Assembly: GCA_963832395.1 (NCBI GenBank)
Contig: CAWHTV010000003.1
Span: forward strand, 199,323-263,322
Reading direction: 5' to 3'
Length of the DNA: 64,000 bases
From: an uncultured delta proteobacterium
GTDB lineage: Bacteria; Desulfobacterota; Binatia; Binatales; Binataceae
Position 1 is the stretch's first letter, and every line of letters starts with the position of its first letter. Below, piece by piece: positions 27,546-38,112 of the stretch. The position numbers and the translations under genes are program-made. The notes under the pieces were generated by a model. That model had not been told where the DNA came from. It made no database searches and was given only the letters and a program-made list of their open reading frames with translations.

Positions 27546-28718
27546 TCAATCGAAATGGATCGCGGCCCAGTCGAGCATTCCCTGGTCACTGCCGCGCGGT
27601 CCGATCATCGACAGTCCGAGCGGACAACCGTCGAACGTGCCGAGCGGAAGACTGATCTGCGGCAAGCGGGCGAGCCCCGCGATCGATAACAGCGCGAAGG
27701 CGCGGCCGCGGAAGACCTCGAGCTCGGCCGGCGGCGTGTTGAGCCTGGGCGCGATCCCCGGCGCCGTCGGCAGACACAGGATCGCGTCGTCTCCGAGGAG
27801 GCGCTCCATGTGGCGCGCCACTGCCTCGCGCCTGGGCATCGCCGCCGCCACCTCGGCGGCCGTGATGGTCGCGGTCCAGGCAAACCGCTCGCGGATGCCC
27901 GGTCCGAATTCCGGCCGGTAGCGATCGATCCAGGCGCCGTGCTGCGCGTGAATCTCGGCGCCCTGGAGAACGCGAAATATTGCGCGCCATTCGGCGGAGT
28001 CGCCGGTGTAGACCTTCACGCGGAGCCGTTTTCGCGATCGACGCCGTCACCTTTTCGATAGCGGAGGTGAGCGCCGCGGTGATCTCCGGATCGAGGCCGC
28101 AAACGCATCCGTCGCGATCAGCAGCCGTTTGGGCACGAACGGCTTCGCGGGCGGCAGCAGCACAGTCCCGACCCGGCGCATCAGGCTCGCCGAGCGCGCG
28201 AACCATCCCACCGTGTCGAAGCTCGTCGCCAGCGGAACCACGCCGTCGGCAGGCACCAGGCCATGGCTCGTCCGAATCCCATAGATGCCGCAATAGCTTG
28301 CCGGTATACGCACCGACCCGCCGCAGTCGGTGCCGAGCGCGAAATCAACGAGGCCGCCCGACACCGCGGCCGCCGACCCGCTCGACGATCCGCCGGGAAT
28401 GCGCCCGGGAGCCTTGGGATTGACCGGCGTACCGTAATGCACATTCTCGCCGTTGATGCTGTAGGTCATTTCATCGCAATAAGTCTTGCCGACCAGGCGG
28501 GCTCCGGCGGCGAGCAGGCGCTCGACAGCCGACGCAGTGCGCTCCGCGGGTGGATGGGTCTCGAGCCAGCGCGGATGGCCGTTGCCGGTACGATGTCCGG
28601 CGATATCGAACACGTCCTTGACGGCGAAGCTGCAGCCGAGCAAGGGGCCGGTTGCATTGCCTTCGAGAGCAACCTCGTCGTAGCGGCAGAACGCATTGAG
28701 CGGATCGTTGATGCTCAT
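27546..28718 (-). pseudogene. amidase (amidase-signature family), reading frame broken twice near 28020-28100
   Basis: ATG at 28718 gives MSINDPLNAF.... The AS signature is GGSSSGSAAAVSGGLVDFALGTDCGGSVRIPASYCG. A middle segment, LDPEITAALTSAIEKVTASIAKTAP, lies in a second frame. The C-terminal VKVYTGDSAEW...LPQISLPLG...PLGLSMIGPRGSD returns to the first frame. Confidence 0.8.
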
Positions 28719-28755
28719 ATTTCTCGATGGAGTCGCGCCGGCTCGCGCGAAACGG

Positions 28756-29948
28756 TCATGCGGCCGCTTTGAAAGCATAGAGTACCGGCGCTACCTCCGC
28801 CACCGCCATTTCGGGCTCGACCGCGTCGAGCACCACCAGGTCCGCGCACTTGCCGACCGCGACTCCATAGTCCCCGAGCCGCATCAGTTGAGCCGGCCGC
28901 CGCGTGATCATCGCGAAGCATTCCCGCAGGTCAGCCTTGCTGCCGACCTGACAGACATTGGCATAAAGATTCGCCATCCGAATCAGCGAGCAATCCCCGA
29001 ATGGCGTGAACGGATTGAGTATGTTGTTGCTCGACAGCGAGCAGTTCACTCCGTGAGCGCAGCAGTTTGTGGGCCGGCACCACCGCCGCGCGGCTGGTTG
29101 TGGTCGTGAGTGTGATTACGCCCCATCAGGTAAAGTTCGGTCGCGGGCAGCACGGTGAGCGCCACGCCGGCGTCCGCCAGCCGTCGCGCCATCCGCTCGA
29201 ACTCCGCGAGCGGCAGGCTGGCCGCCTTGGTGACGTGGCCGATGGTGACCCGTCCTCCGTACTTGTGCTCCTCGGTCCGCCGGCAGACGTGCCAGACATC
29301 CATGTCGTCGCAGGTGGGTCCGAAATCGAGATGCATGTCGATGTCGACGTCGAACTCGCGCGCCATCTCGAACACCCGGTCGATCTGGCCGCGAGGATCT
29401 GAATCCGTATAGGGCGCGGCGCCGACCGCGCGGCAACCGCGCCTAAGCGCCTCGACCATCAGTTGGTCGGTACCGGGATTGTTGAGCAGGCCCTCCTGGG
29501 GAAACACGCAGATCTGCAGATCGATCGCCCAGGCGTATTCCTTGATCAGCGGCAACACGCCCTCCAGGCCGCGCAACCCGACGCCGGGGTCGACCTCGAG
29601 ATGGGTGCGCATGTGGGTCGTGCCCTGGAGGATCGACTTCTCCAGCGTGCGGCTCGCGCGGGCGTGAACGTCCTCTGGCGTGAACGCGGCCTTGGCCTTG
29701 GCGGCTTCGCCGATCGCCTCGGCGAGATCGCCGCGCTCGGAAGCACAGCGGTCAAGGATGCAGGACTTGTCGAGATGGAGATGGGTCTCGATGAAGCCGG
29801 CAGAGACGAGCCGGCCGTCGAGGTCGATCGTCTCGCCCTCGGCTTCGAGCCGCGGTGCGATCGCCGCGATCTTTCCCGCGGCGATCCCGATGTCGCAGCG
29901 CTCGCGATCGTCGACTCGCGCGTTCTTCAGGATGAGGTCCAGTGCCAT
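28756..29948 (-). pseudogene. cytosine-deaminase-like metal-dependent amidohydrolase, two closely spaced frame breaks near 29050-29095
   Basis: ATG at 29948 gives MALDLILKNARV.... The HxH metal motif is GFIETHLHLDK. Further motifs are DIDMHLDF, then LYLMGRNHTHDHNQPRG, then (next frame) VVPAHKLL, then (third frame) AHGVNCSLSSNNILNPFTPFGDCSLIRMANLYAN. Removing one G and one C restores a single frame. Confidence 0.8.
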
Positions 29949-30177
29949 TCTTCGGCCACCCTTTGCTCTCAGGCCCTGGCGGGATTGGTCACTTCGTTTC
30001 TCATGGCAGTTCCCGCCTCCCGGCGCTGGCCTCGTTCGTCGTATGCCCTCCGGCTGCCAATCGTCCTTGACCTGGACGCGGCACGATCTTAACCCGAATT
30101 TTCGTAGATGGACATACAACTGCTGAGATCTCTGCTACCTCTCTCGTTCGGGAAGATCTCTCGGGAATGTCTCGCCG

Positions 30178-30885
30178 GTGAACAGACGAGAACGAACCTA
30201 TATTGTGAATTTCGCGGCCGGTATGTCCGCCGTCGCCGTCACCCTTGGTCTGATTCTGCTGATCCGGTCGTTTTGCGAACCAAGCTCGCGCAGCTTTGCT
30301 TCGCATACGGAGCCTTCCTTATTTCCCGTTGAAGTTTCCAGCCGTCCCAGCCTTGCACTGGTCCCCTGGTCGCAATCGCCTTCCAAGCTCGATTCCGAGT
30401 CCAACATTCTCGAGCTTCCAAAAGCCAGTTTCGATTTCGTCGGAAGTTGGGGTGGATATACGCATGATACCGCACCCTCCGAGGTAGAGAGTCCCGACCA
30501 TGTAAGCGTCGTGTTCGGCAGGCATGGCAATACTGTATTTTTCGCGACTAAACTTTATAGCCCATCAGGGCAACGGATTGTGAGTAAGCCCAGAGCTTGG
30601 ATCACCAGCCCTCGAGAAGTTCTCGTCACGTATGAAGCGGAAGATGACCAAGTCGATTACACTTATTTACATCGGTTTACGCTGCTCGATTCGGGCAAAA
30701 TGGCATATAAAGAAACTGTCGACTTGTATGACCGGCGCACACATAGCGCTGTGGGAACAGATGGACAGAACGCTTTGCTCCGCCGGTTGACGACGACTCG
30801 AGCGAAGCGTGTTTTTGCACAACCGTCTTCTCACGACGTCCTTACGGGAGAACTCGCGACGAGCAAGAAGATTCGCGCACGATAA
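30178..30885 (+). CDS. hypothetical membrane-anchored protein (235 aa)
   Basis: The ORF has one N-terminal hydrophobic helix (AAGMSAVAVTLGLILLI) and a globular remainder (…FDFVGSWGGYTHDT…VLVTYEAEDDQVDYTYLHRFTLLDSGKMAYKETVDLYD). G+C looks lower than the neighbours by eye. I recognise no family. Confidence 0.5.
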   Translation: MNRRERTYIVNFAAGMSAVAVTLGLILLIRSFCEPSSRSFASHTEPSLFPVEVSSRPSLALVPWSQSPSKLDSESNILELPKASFDFVGSWGGYTHDTAPSEVESPDHVSVVFGRHGNTVFFATKLYSPSGQRIVSKPRAWITSPREVLVTYEAEDDQVDYTYLHRFTLLDSGKMAYKETVDLYDRRTHSAVGTDGQNALLRRLTTTRAKRVFAQPSSHDVLTGELATSKKIRAR

Positions 30886-30944
30886 TTTTCACAAGACCTG
30901 GCGAGCCTTTACAGTATGATAAGCACCTTCAAACGGGGATTCTC

Positions 30945-32046
30945 ATGAAATCGTCACTCAGCGCGATCGACACACCTGGCCTTATCGTCGACATAGAAGC
31001 TCTCGACCGTAACATCGCTACGATGGCGGCACGCGCAAAAGCCTGGGGCGTTGCGCTGCGGCCGCATGCGAAGACGCACAAGTGCAGCGCTATCGCGCGG
31101 CGTCAAGTGGCGGCCGGAGCGCAGGGGAATTGCCTGCGCGACGATCGACGAAGCAGAGGTCATGGTCAACGCCGATCTGCCGGGCGTGCTTGTGACCTCA
31201 CCGCTTGCGACCGAGCACAAGGTCAACCGGCTGATGGAGCTGGCTCATCGACGGCCCGATATTGCCGTGGTCGCGGATCATCCTCAACACGTCGCGCTGC
31301 TCGATGAGATGGCGCGGCAGAGCGGCGTCTCGCTTTCAGTGGTGGTTGACCTCGACGTTGGCGATCATCGTACCGGCGCCGCGACGGTGGAAGCCGCCTT
31401 GAATCTCGCTCAACAGATCCAGGCGACACGCAATCTCCGCTTTGCCGGAATACAGGGCTATGCGGGACGCCTCCAGCACGTCGCGGATTTTGCGAAGCGC
31501 AGCTCCGAAGCGGCAAAGGCCGCGGAGCAACTCGCGGAACTCCGCACCCGGCTGCAAGTCCTGGGGTTGGCGCCTTCCGTCGTGACGGGCGCAGGCACCG
31601 GGACGCACGCGATCGACGGGCCTGGCGGCGTCTTCACGGAACTGCAAGTCGGATCGTATATCTTCATGGATGCCGAGTACGCCAACGTGGCGCTGGATGA
31701 AGGCGCACAAAATCCGTTTGAGCCCGCGCTCTTCGTACAGACCACGGTAGTCAGCAGCAATCACAGGATTTTGTTACTACCGACGGCGGAACCAAAGCGT
31801 TCGCGCTCAACGGACCGCCGCCGCAAATCCTTAGCGGACCCGCGGCAGGTTGCGCATATGAATTTCAGGGTGACGAGCACGGCAAAATCAATCTCAAGCC
31901 GGGAGTTCGGCTCGTCGCTCGGTGACCGCCTGGAGTGCCAGCCGCCTCACTGCGATCCGACGGTGTGTCTCTACGATCGCATCGTTTGCGTGAAGGGCGA
32001 TGAAGTGGTTGACATCTGGCCTATCGATGCCCGCGGACGGAGGTGA
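30945..32046 (+). pseudogene. DSD1/D-threonine-aldolase-type PLP enzyme (alanine racemase N-terminal domain family), three frame breaks
   Basis: MKSSLSAIDTPGLIVDIEALDRNI...ALRPHAKTHKC carries the PLP-Lys motif. After a shift near 31110 it reads IACATIDEAEVM...GIQGYAGRLQH...TELQVGSYIFMD. After a shift near 31764 it reads QDFVTTDGGTKAFALNGPPPQILSGPAAGCAYEFQGDEHGKINLKPGVRL. After a shift near 31915 it reads LGDRLECQPPHCDPTVCLYD...WPIDARG. Confidence 0.75.
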
Positions 32047-32052
32047 CAGCCC

Positions 32053-32832
32053 ATGGAATTGAAGGACTTGGTTTATGAAACTCGTAACCAGGCGGCGTGG
32101 ATCACTTTGAACCGGCCGCGAGTGCTTAATGCTTTATCGGCGGAAATGCTCGCGAGCATCAGGCGCGCCTACGAGGCCGCGGGCGAAGATCGCGACGTGA
32201 GAGCGGTCGTAATGACCGGTGCGGGGCGTGGGTTCTGCGCCGGCGCCGACATCCATGTGATGGACAACGCGAGCCTGGAAAGTTTCCGGGCCTTCCTGCT
32301 TCCCTTTACTCAGTTGTGTACCTTGATACGTACCTTTCCCAAACCCACGATCGCAGCGATTAATGGCGTCGCCGTTGGTGGCGGCTTCGAACTCACCCTG
32401 GTCTGCGATTTTCGAATCGCGGCGCATTCCGCAACTATTGGTTCGCACGAGGTCAATATCAACCAGCCGATGACCAACGGTTCGACTTATCTGCTGCCGC
32501 GTCTTATTGGCGAGGGCAGAGCGAAATTGCTGGGGATGACCGGAGAGATTATTGGTGCGCGGCAAGCCGAGGCCATCGGCCTGGTGAACTCGGTGGTTGA
32601 AGACCAGCGTCTCACGTCGGCAGTCGAAGAGTTGGTCGCGAAACTCGTCAGCGTTGGCCCGATCGCGGTCGCATGTGTCAAAGAATGCTTCGCACGCAGC
32701 CGCGACGTTGACATTGACACGGCTGTGATGTTTGAAAACGAAGCGGCGACAAGATGTTTCACCAGCGCGGATCAGCAGGAAGGCTTGCAAGCGTTTCTCG
32801 AGAAGCGAGGCCCGCGCTGGTCGGGCAGATAA
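32053..32832 (+). CDS. enoyl-CoA hydratase/isomerase (crotonase) family protein
   Basis: 259-aa ORF: AAWITLNRPRVLNALS...VVMTGAGRGFCAGADI...PTIAAINGVAVGGGFELTLVCDFRIAA...EGLQAFLEKRGPRW. These are the canonical crotonase motifs. Confidence 0.92.
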   Translation: MELKDLVYETRNQAAWITLNRPRVLNALSAEMLASIRRAYEAAGEDRDVRAVVMTGAGRGFCAGADIHVMDNASLESFRAFLLPFTQLCTLIRTFPKPTIAAINGVAVGGGFELTLVCDFRIAAHSATIGSHEVNINQPMTNGSTYLLPRLIGEGRAKLLGMTGEIIGARQAEAIGLVNSVVEDQRLTSAVEELVAKLVSVGPIAVACVKECFARSRDVDIDTAVMFENEAATRCFTSADQQEGLQAFLEKRGPRWSGR

Positions 32833-32896
32833 ATGCCGCGCCTCGGATTCTGCGTACGCATTCGCGATAAAAGGCTAGCGGAAGGGCACAGACGAG

Positions 32897-34070
32897 ATGG
32901 CTGAACCGATTTTCCCCAAAAGCGAGTTCGACGGACGCTATGAGCGGGCCCGCAAGCTCATGGTCGAAGCCGGCCTTCAGGCGATTATCGGTTACAGTCC
33001 GGGAAATCAATTTTGGCTCAGCGGCTTTCGTGGCAGCGCCGGGGCTGGACGAATCGCGGAGTACACGCAGCACGTGGTCCTGCCCAAAGTCGTACTTCCT
33101 TTGACTGGCGAGCCGGCTTTGACCGGCCTTACCGCTATGGCCGAGGCATACGCGCAGGAAACTCACTTTGGCGACATCCGGCCGGTGATGTCACCTGCCG
33201 ATCGGCCGCGCACGATTCGCCAGATCCTGGAGAGCCGAGGTATTCGCTCTGGCGCGGTGGGGCTCGACATCGGTTCCGCCTCCGGCATCAGCCCAGGAGA
33301 GCTCGACGTGCTGCGGCGCGAACTGAGTGGCTTCGACCTCCGCGATGCCAGCAAACTGTTCTGGCGCTTGCGCATGATCAAGACACCGGCTGAGATCGCA
33401 TGCATGCGCCGGGCGGTCGAAATCCAGAACGCCGCCTTCAAGAGCTTCTGCGGGCGAATCTCCCGCAAGATGACCGAATCCGATCTCATATTCGAGATGC
33501 TGTCGTGCCAGCGCGAGGCGGGAGCCAGTGAAATCGGTATGGTGCTCTCGACCACGCATCCGACCGGCGCTATTTTCGGCGCTCAGATCTCAGGCCGTTC
33601 GATGCAGCCCGGCGACTTGCAATGGTTTGACGCTGGCGCGACTTATAACGGCTACACTTGCGACTTCGACATTCTCATCGCGTGGGGTGATGCGAGCGCG
33701 GACCAGATTAAGACCCACACCCAACTCAGAGATGTCTACCGGGAAGCGATGGAGGCGTGGCGGCCGGGCCGCCCAGTGGCCGAGATCGCAAGGAGACACC
33801 ACCGCTGTGTTCGATAAACATGGCGCCAGGGATTTATTGCAAGGGAGCTTCCTGGGTCATTGCCTGGGCGCGGAGGTGGTCGAACGTCCTTGGTTCGGAA
33901 CACGGTCGCCCAAAGACCTGAGGTTGGAGCCGGGCATGATCATTTCCCCCGAATGGGTCACGGCCACTGCGCTGGGAAATCTCCTGTGGGAGAGAAACTT
34001 CCTGGTGACTGCGGACGGCTTGGAGGAACTCAGCAACTTTCCCGACGAGTTGACCGTGATCGCCAAGTGA
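32897..34070 (+). pseudogene. M24 family metallopeptidase (Xaa-Pro aminopeptidase/creatinase-like), one frame break near 33790
   Basis: The N-terminal creatinase-type domain plus the pita-bread start reads RMIKTPAEIACMRRAVEI...FDAGATYNGYTCDFDI...PVAEIAR. After the shift it reads DTTAVFDKHG...GHCLGAEVVERPWF...LEPGMIISPEW...LLWERNFLVTADGLEELS. Removing one A at about 33790 joins the frames. Confidence 0.8.
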
Positions 34071-34129
34071 CCACGGCTCCGAGTTTTGCGAATCACACAA
34101 GATCTTACCGTGTCGAGCGACAAACGCGA

Positions 34130-35037
34130 TTAAGTGTAGTACTGGATTTTGGCTCCGTCGGCCTCGACGCGCTTGCCGCTCTTCCGCGCGACGACGTGCT
34201 TATAGACATTGCTCACGTTCCATTTGTCCAGCCGGTCGCTCATTTCGAACAGTCTCTGCCCGATCGGGTAGGGATCCAGCTTGCTGACATCGAATTTTTT
34301 GCTCCAAGGCCTCCTTCTCACTCAATCCCCGCTGGACAAAGCCCTCGACCAATCCGATCCAGTTCTCGATGATCTCCGCTTGCCGCCGGAGGTAGCTTTT
34401 GTCGCAGGGTTCTCCGTGTCCCGGAACAATCGTTTCAACGTCGAGCGCTTCGATGCGCTTGAGTGCTCCGAGCCATTCCCACGGGTCAGCTTCCTGGACG
34501 AAGGTCTTGCACTTCTGGAAAACATTGTCGCCGGTGAAAATCACGCCTTCTTCCGGCAAATAGATTGAGGTCTGCGGCGCGGTATGACCGGGCGTGTGAA
34601 TGATCTTTATGGTGTGATTTCCGAGGTGCAGTGTCAGTTCATCCTTGAAAGTGCGCTTGGGCGGGTTGGACGCAGGATAGTCGGGATGGCCTATGAGAAA
34701 GACACTGTCGGGGTCTTCCGTCTTCATCCGTTCCAGACGCACCTCAGGAGTGAACATCATGTTGAGGTACTGATCGAAACAAGCCTGTAGCTTGACTTGA
34801 CCAATAACCTCGACGTCCGGGAAATACGCGTTACCCAGGAGTGTGATCGGCGTGCGGTTCGGTATTAACCAGGTGACGGATTGGTCCCTTCTCCTGCAAC
34901 ATCTCGCGCCATCGTACCGCGTCGATCGGCTGCTGGGGCGAATCGATCATGACCACGCCGTCGCTGGTTTCAACGAAGCCAGGGTTGCAGCCCCAGTAGT
35001 AGACTTCCGCATAGACGTTCTTGCTGACTCTTCTCAT
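34130..35037 (-). pseudogene. MBL-fold metallo-hydrolase, two frame breaks (about 34845 and about 34290)
   Basis: The N-terminal piece reads ...VMIDSPQQP...LVNTEPHADHT (HxHxDH-type motif). The middle piece reads LGNAYFPDVEVIG...IIHTPGHTAPQTSIYLPEEGVIFTGD...IVPGHGEP. The tail piece reads KKFDVSKLDPYPIGQRLFEMSDRL.... The first break is an extra C (ACTCCTGGG vs expected ACTCTGGG). Confidence 0.75.
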
Positions 35038-35275
35038 CGTGATCTCCTTTAGCCGGCCCCACTAGAACGGGATGCCTTGGAATATTGCGCAGTGATGGGT
35101 GGTAGCGCCAGACCCGGCGCAAACGATCGTTAGAGTTGGTGGCGTGCCGGCTTAAGCTCGCGCGCGGATTCAATGTGGCGGCGGTGTATGGCTGCAACCG
35201 CCGTCATCCTCTCAAGCAATTGCCTTTTCACTCGGGACCGGGTCCACATGAGGGTGCGGGTGTTCATGCGGTAAT

Positions 35276-36049
35276 TCAAAGTGCGAGCGGCCATTGCCAA
35301 CACGAAAGAGACCAGCCGCGTCCTTCCACCGCGAGAGCGGAAACGTAGCCTGGGTCAACACTCAACTCCTGTAGAGACCAGCGGCGAATTTCGTCTGGAT
35401 CTGCTTGCGTCCTCAGCAGCGCCGCAGGTTCCCCAGGAATCAGCGACACGTCGAACTGCTCCAAGGGCAGCGAGAGTCCTTCACCTCTCGCCTTGATGTA
35501 GGCTTCCTTGCGAGTCCAACAGAGAAAGAACGCGTGCTTCCGCAGGCTGACCGGAAGCCCCCGAAGCGTCGCAATCTCGCGTTGCGAGAAAAATCGCTCC
35601 GCGAGCTGCTCCACTTCCAGGCTCTCGCGGATAAATTCGAGGTCGATACCGATCTCGCGACCACGAGTAACCGCATAAAGAGCGACTCCGTGGGAATGGG
35701 ACATGTTGAAATGGATCGTGTTCCCGCCCGGGTCCTGGGCAAGGGCGGGCTTCCCGTGAGGGCCGTAACAGAACAACACGGATTTCGCTGCTCTGTTCAG
35801 ATAAACGCCAAGGATCTCTCTGAGCGCGCCGCGCGCGACGATAAAGCGCTCTCGATCAATCTGGAAGTAAAATCGCTCAGCTCTCGCTTGTTCATCTTCT
35901 GAAAGAGTGTGGAACAAGCTATTCATGCGTGATGGATTGTGGTCCAGATCCGCTCGCCAGACGTGTACCTCGTCGTTACTTAGTACTAAGCTTCCTCGCG
36001 GAGAAGGCCACGGAGAAACAGCAAGGGTGTTGGTAAGCGCTATCGTCAC
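35276..36049 (-). CDS. 4'-phosphopantetheinyl transferase, Sfp type
   Basis: 257-aa ORF: ...EVHVWRADLD...LSEDEQARAERFYFQIDRERFIVARGALREIL...FNMSHSHGVALYAV...IGIDLEFI...CWTRKEAYIKARGEGL. These are the classic Sfp/Gsp-type PPTase motifs. It is the last gene of the biosynthetic string. Confidence 0.9.
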   Translation of the reverse strand: MTIALTNTLAVSPWPSPRGSLVLSNDEVHVWRADLDHNPSRMNSLFHTLSEDEQARAERFYFQIDRERFIVARGALREILGVYLNRAAKSVLFCYGPHGKPALAQDPGGNTIHFNMSHSHGVALYAVTRGREIGIDLEFIRESLEVEQLAERFFSQREIATLRGLPVSLRKHAFFLCWTRKEAYIKARGEGLSLPLEQFDVSLIPGEPAALLRTQADPDEIRRWSLQELSVDPGYVSALAVEGRGWSLSCWQWPLAL

Positions 36050-36068
36050 GTGGCCGCTCTCGACAATC

Positions 36069-36830
36069 TCAGTCCAGTTCTTGTGAGATCATCTGAAGAA
36101 GGAGAGGTCGAGCCGTGTTCAGGAACAAATGGTCGCCAGGAAGCATTCGCAACGAGGAGCACGCGGTAGTCTCATCGCGCCAGGCTTCGAGATCGTTGCG
36201 CCTCACTTTGCCATCCTGCAAGCCACCAAAGGTTGAGATGGGGCAGTTCAAAGGAGGCTCAGCCGAGTACTCGTACGTCTCATAGAGGGCGAAATCGGCC
36301 CGCAAGATAGGAAGTACGATCTCCATTAGCTCTTCATGCCCCAACAGCTCCATGGGAATACCGTTGAGGCGACGCACCTCCGCTAAAAATTCCTTTGGCG
36401 GCAAAGTATGGATAGGCGAGTCTCGACGAGGAATCTGAGGCGCACGGCCAGCCGAGATAAACAGGCGAACGGGATTTACACCATACTGTCTGCGGAACTG
36501 GCGCGCGAGCTCGAAGCCAATCAATGCTCCCAAGCTGTGGCCGAAGATAACAAAGGGCTTGTCCAGAAGCGAAGACAGCGCGGGCGCGAGCACTTGGACG
36601 AGCGGCGACATCTCAGTGAAAAGACGCTCCATCAACCTGGTACTCCGTCCGGGAAGTTGAACCGGACAGACCTCGACATCCGCAGGCAAAGCGCTCGACC
36701 ACGTGCGAAATATCGAGGCACTGCCTCCCGCATATGGAAAGCAGAACAAACGCAGACGCGCCTGCGGGCTGGCCTTGCGCCCTGCTATCCAGGAGCTAAC
36801 AGTCGCAGTGTCGGTCGTGGACTGCTTCAT
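36069..36830 (-). CDS. type II (editing) thioesterase
   Basis: 253-aa ORF: RLFCFPYAGGSASIFRTW...PFVIFGHSLGALIGFELAR...MLPGDHLFL. This is the standard TEII pattern (GxSxG = GHSLG, C-terminal GDHFF-like). Confidence 0.9.
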   Translation of the reverse strand: MKQSTTDTATVSSWIAGRKASPQARLRLFCFPYAGGSASIFRTWSSALPADVEVCPVQLPGRSTRLMERLFTEMSPLVQVLAPALSSLLDKPFVIFGHSLGALIGFELARQFRRQYGVNPVRLFISAGRAPQIPRRDSPIHTLPPKEFLAEVRRLNGIPMELLGHEELMEIVLPILRADFALYETYEYSAEPPLNCPISTFGGLQDGKVRRNDLEAWRDETTACSSLRMLPGDHLFLNTARPLLLQMISQELD

Positions 36831-36847
36831 GCGTGAGATCCGTGCGA

Positions 36848-37066
36848 CTATCTTTCCCCCTTCTCCATTTCCTTCCTGAGCGTGAGCGGCCTCATGTCAG
36901 TCCACACTTCTTTGACATAAGCCAGGCATTCCGCCTTCGACCCGCTCTTCCCGCCATCGCTCCACCCAATAGGGTTGCCTCGCTCAGCAGGCCAGATCGA
37001 GTACTGCCCTTCATGATTCACGAGGACCTTGTAGCGCGCATTGCCTTCACTGTCGTCCGTATTCAT
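36848..37066 (-). CDS. MbtH family protein
   Basis: The internal ATG at 37066 gives [63 protein letters not shown], with the invariant N.E.QYS.WP / GW / W.DMRP pattern. Its ATG overlaps the NRPS stop codon (ATGA at 37063-37066). Confidence 0.92.
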   Translation of the reverse strand: MNTDDSEGNARYKVLVNHEGQYSIWPAERGNPIGWSDGGKSGSKAECLAYVKEVWTDMRPLTLRKEMEKGER

Positions 37067-38112
37067 TGAGCGTCCTTCATCAAGCTGCTTCGTGGATTGA
37101 TTCCGTCGGGCAACCATTCCTCTGCCGACTGTGCGTGGCTGAGGCAGGTCTTCAATTTCTCAGCCAATACTTCAACCTGAGGCCGGTAAACCATGTTAGC
37201 GTGATTGCCCGGGACGGCATGAACTTCCACTCCTCCAGCGGCCCATTTGTCCCACCCAAAGGTCGGGTCGGGAGACGCTCCCGCGGGCTCCTCATTCGCT
37301 CTAAATAGTATGATTCGACCTGGGTAGCGGTGCAGTACGTAGTTACGTGTCGCTCGAAAATCGTTTTTGCAGAGCTCGACAAACCGCTGAGCCTGGGAAA
37401 CCTCGACCTCCGGAGGCACCAAGCCGGCTTTCTTGGCCTGCTCAAGCACACGAGCCAATACTTCGTCCCTTGGAAGTTGCGATATATCCTCAAGGTTCAA
37501 AGAAAGACCGAAATAACGGACCACATCGGTCAACAAGGTCGCCTCAAAATCTTGCTCCACGAACTTCTCTTCAGGAGCCGGGATCCGACTATCCAGTAAG
37601 GCTAGCAAAGCCACTCCATGACCCTGCGCGCGAAGCTGCTGGGCCATCTCGAAGGCTACCGTCCCCCCCATGGACCATCCTCCCAGACGGTACGGACCCT
37701 CAGGCTGCACGGTCCGTAGTACTTCAATGTAGTGAGTAGCCATATCCTCGATACGCATGTACGGATCTTGGCCCTGTTCAAGACCTTTTGCCTGTAGTCC
37801 ATAGCATGGTTGATCGGGGCCCAAATACTGCGCCAGATGAACGTAGGGGAATACCTGGCCGCCAGCCGGATGTATCAGGAAAAGCGGCGGTTTGCTGCCA
37901 TCGGGTTGAATAGCCACCAAGGAGGATACGGGCGCTGGCTCGGCCTGTTGGCGAAGAAGCGTGGCAAGATGTTCAATGGTCGCTCCCTGAAACACGGCCG
38001 CCAACGGAAGTCTTCTACCCAACCTGTTCTCTATCAGGGCGAAAAGACGCACCGCTGCCAGAGAATGTCCTCCAAGCTCAAAAAAATTGTCTCTTACTCC
38101 AATAGATTCCAA
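37063..38112 (-). CDS. NRPS terminal fragment: thiolation (PCP) + thioesterase domains
   Basis: The ORF piece has the T-domain core [16 protein letters not shown] and a TE domain ([22 protein letters not shown], ...VPGNHANM). It continues in another frame from the upstream A-domain piece. Confidence 0.9.
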   Translation of the reverse strand: MESIGVRDNFFELGGHSLAAVRLFALIENRLGRRLPLAAVFQGATIEHLATLLRQQAEPAPVSSLVAIQPDGSKPPLFLIHPAGGQVFPYVHLAQYLGPDQPCYGLQAKGLEQGQDPYMRIEDMATHYIEVLRTVQPEGPYRLGGWSMGGTVAFEMAQQLRAQGHGVALLALLDSRIPAPEEKFVEQDFEATLLTDVVRYFGLSLNLEDISQLPRDEVLARVLEQAKKAGLVPPEVEVSQAQRFVELCKNDFRATRNYVLHRYPGRIILFRANEEPAGASPDPTFGWDKWAAGGVEVHAVPGNHANMVYRPQVEVLAEKLKTCLSHAQSAEEWLPDGINPRSSLMKDAQ

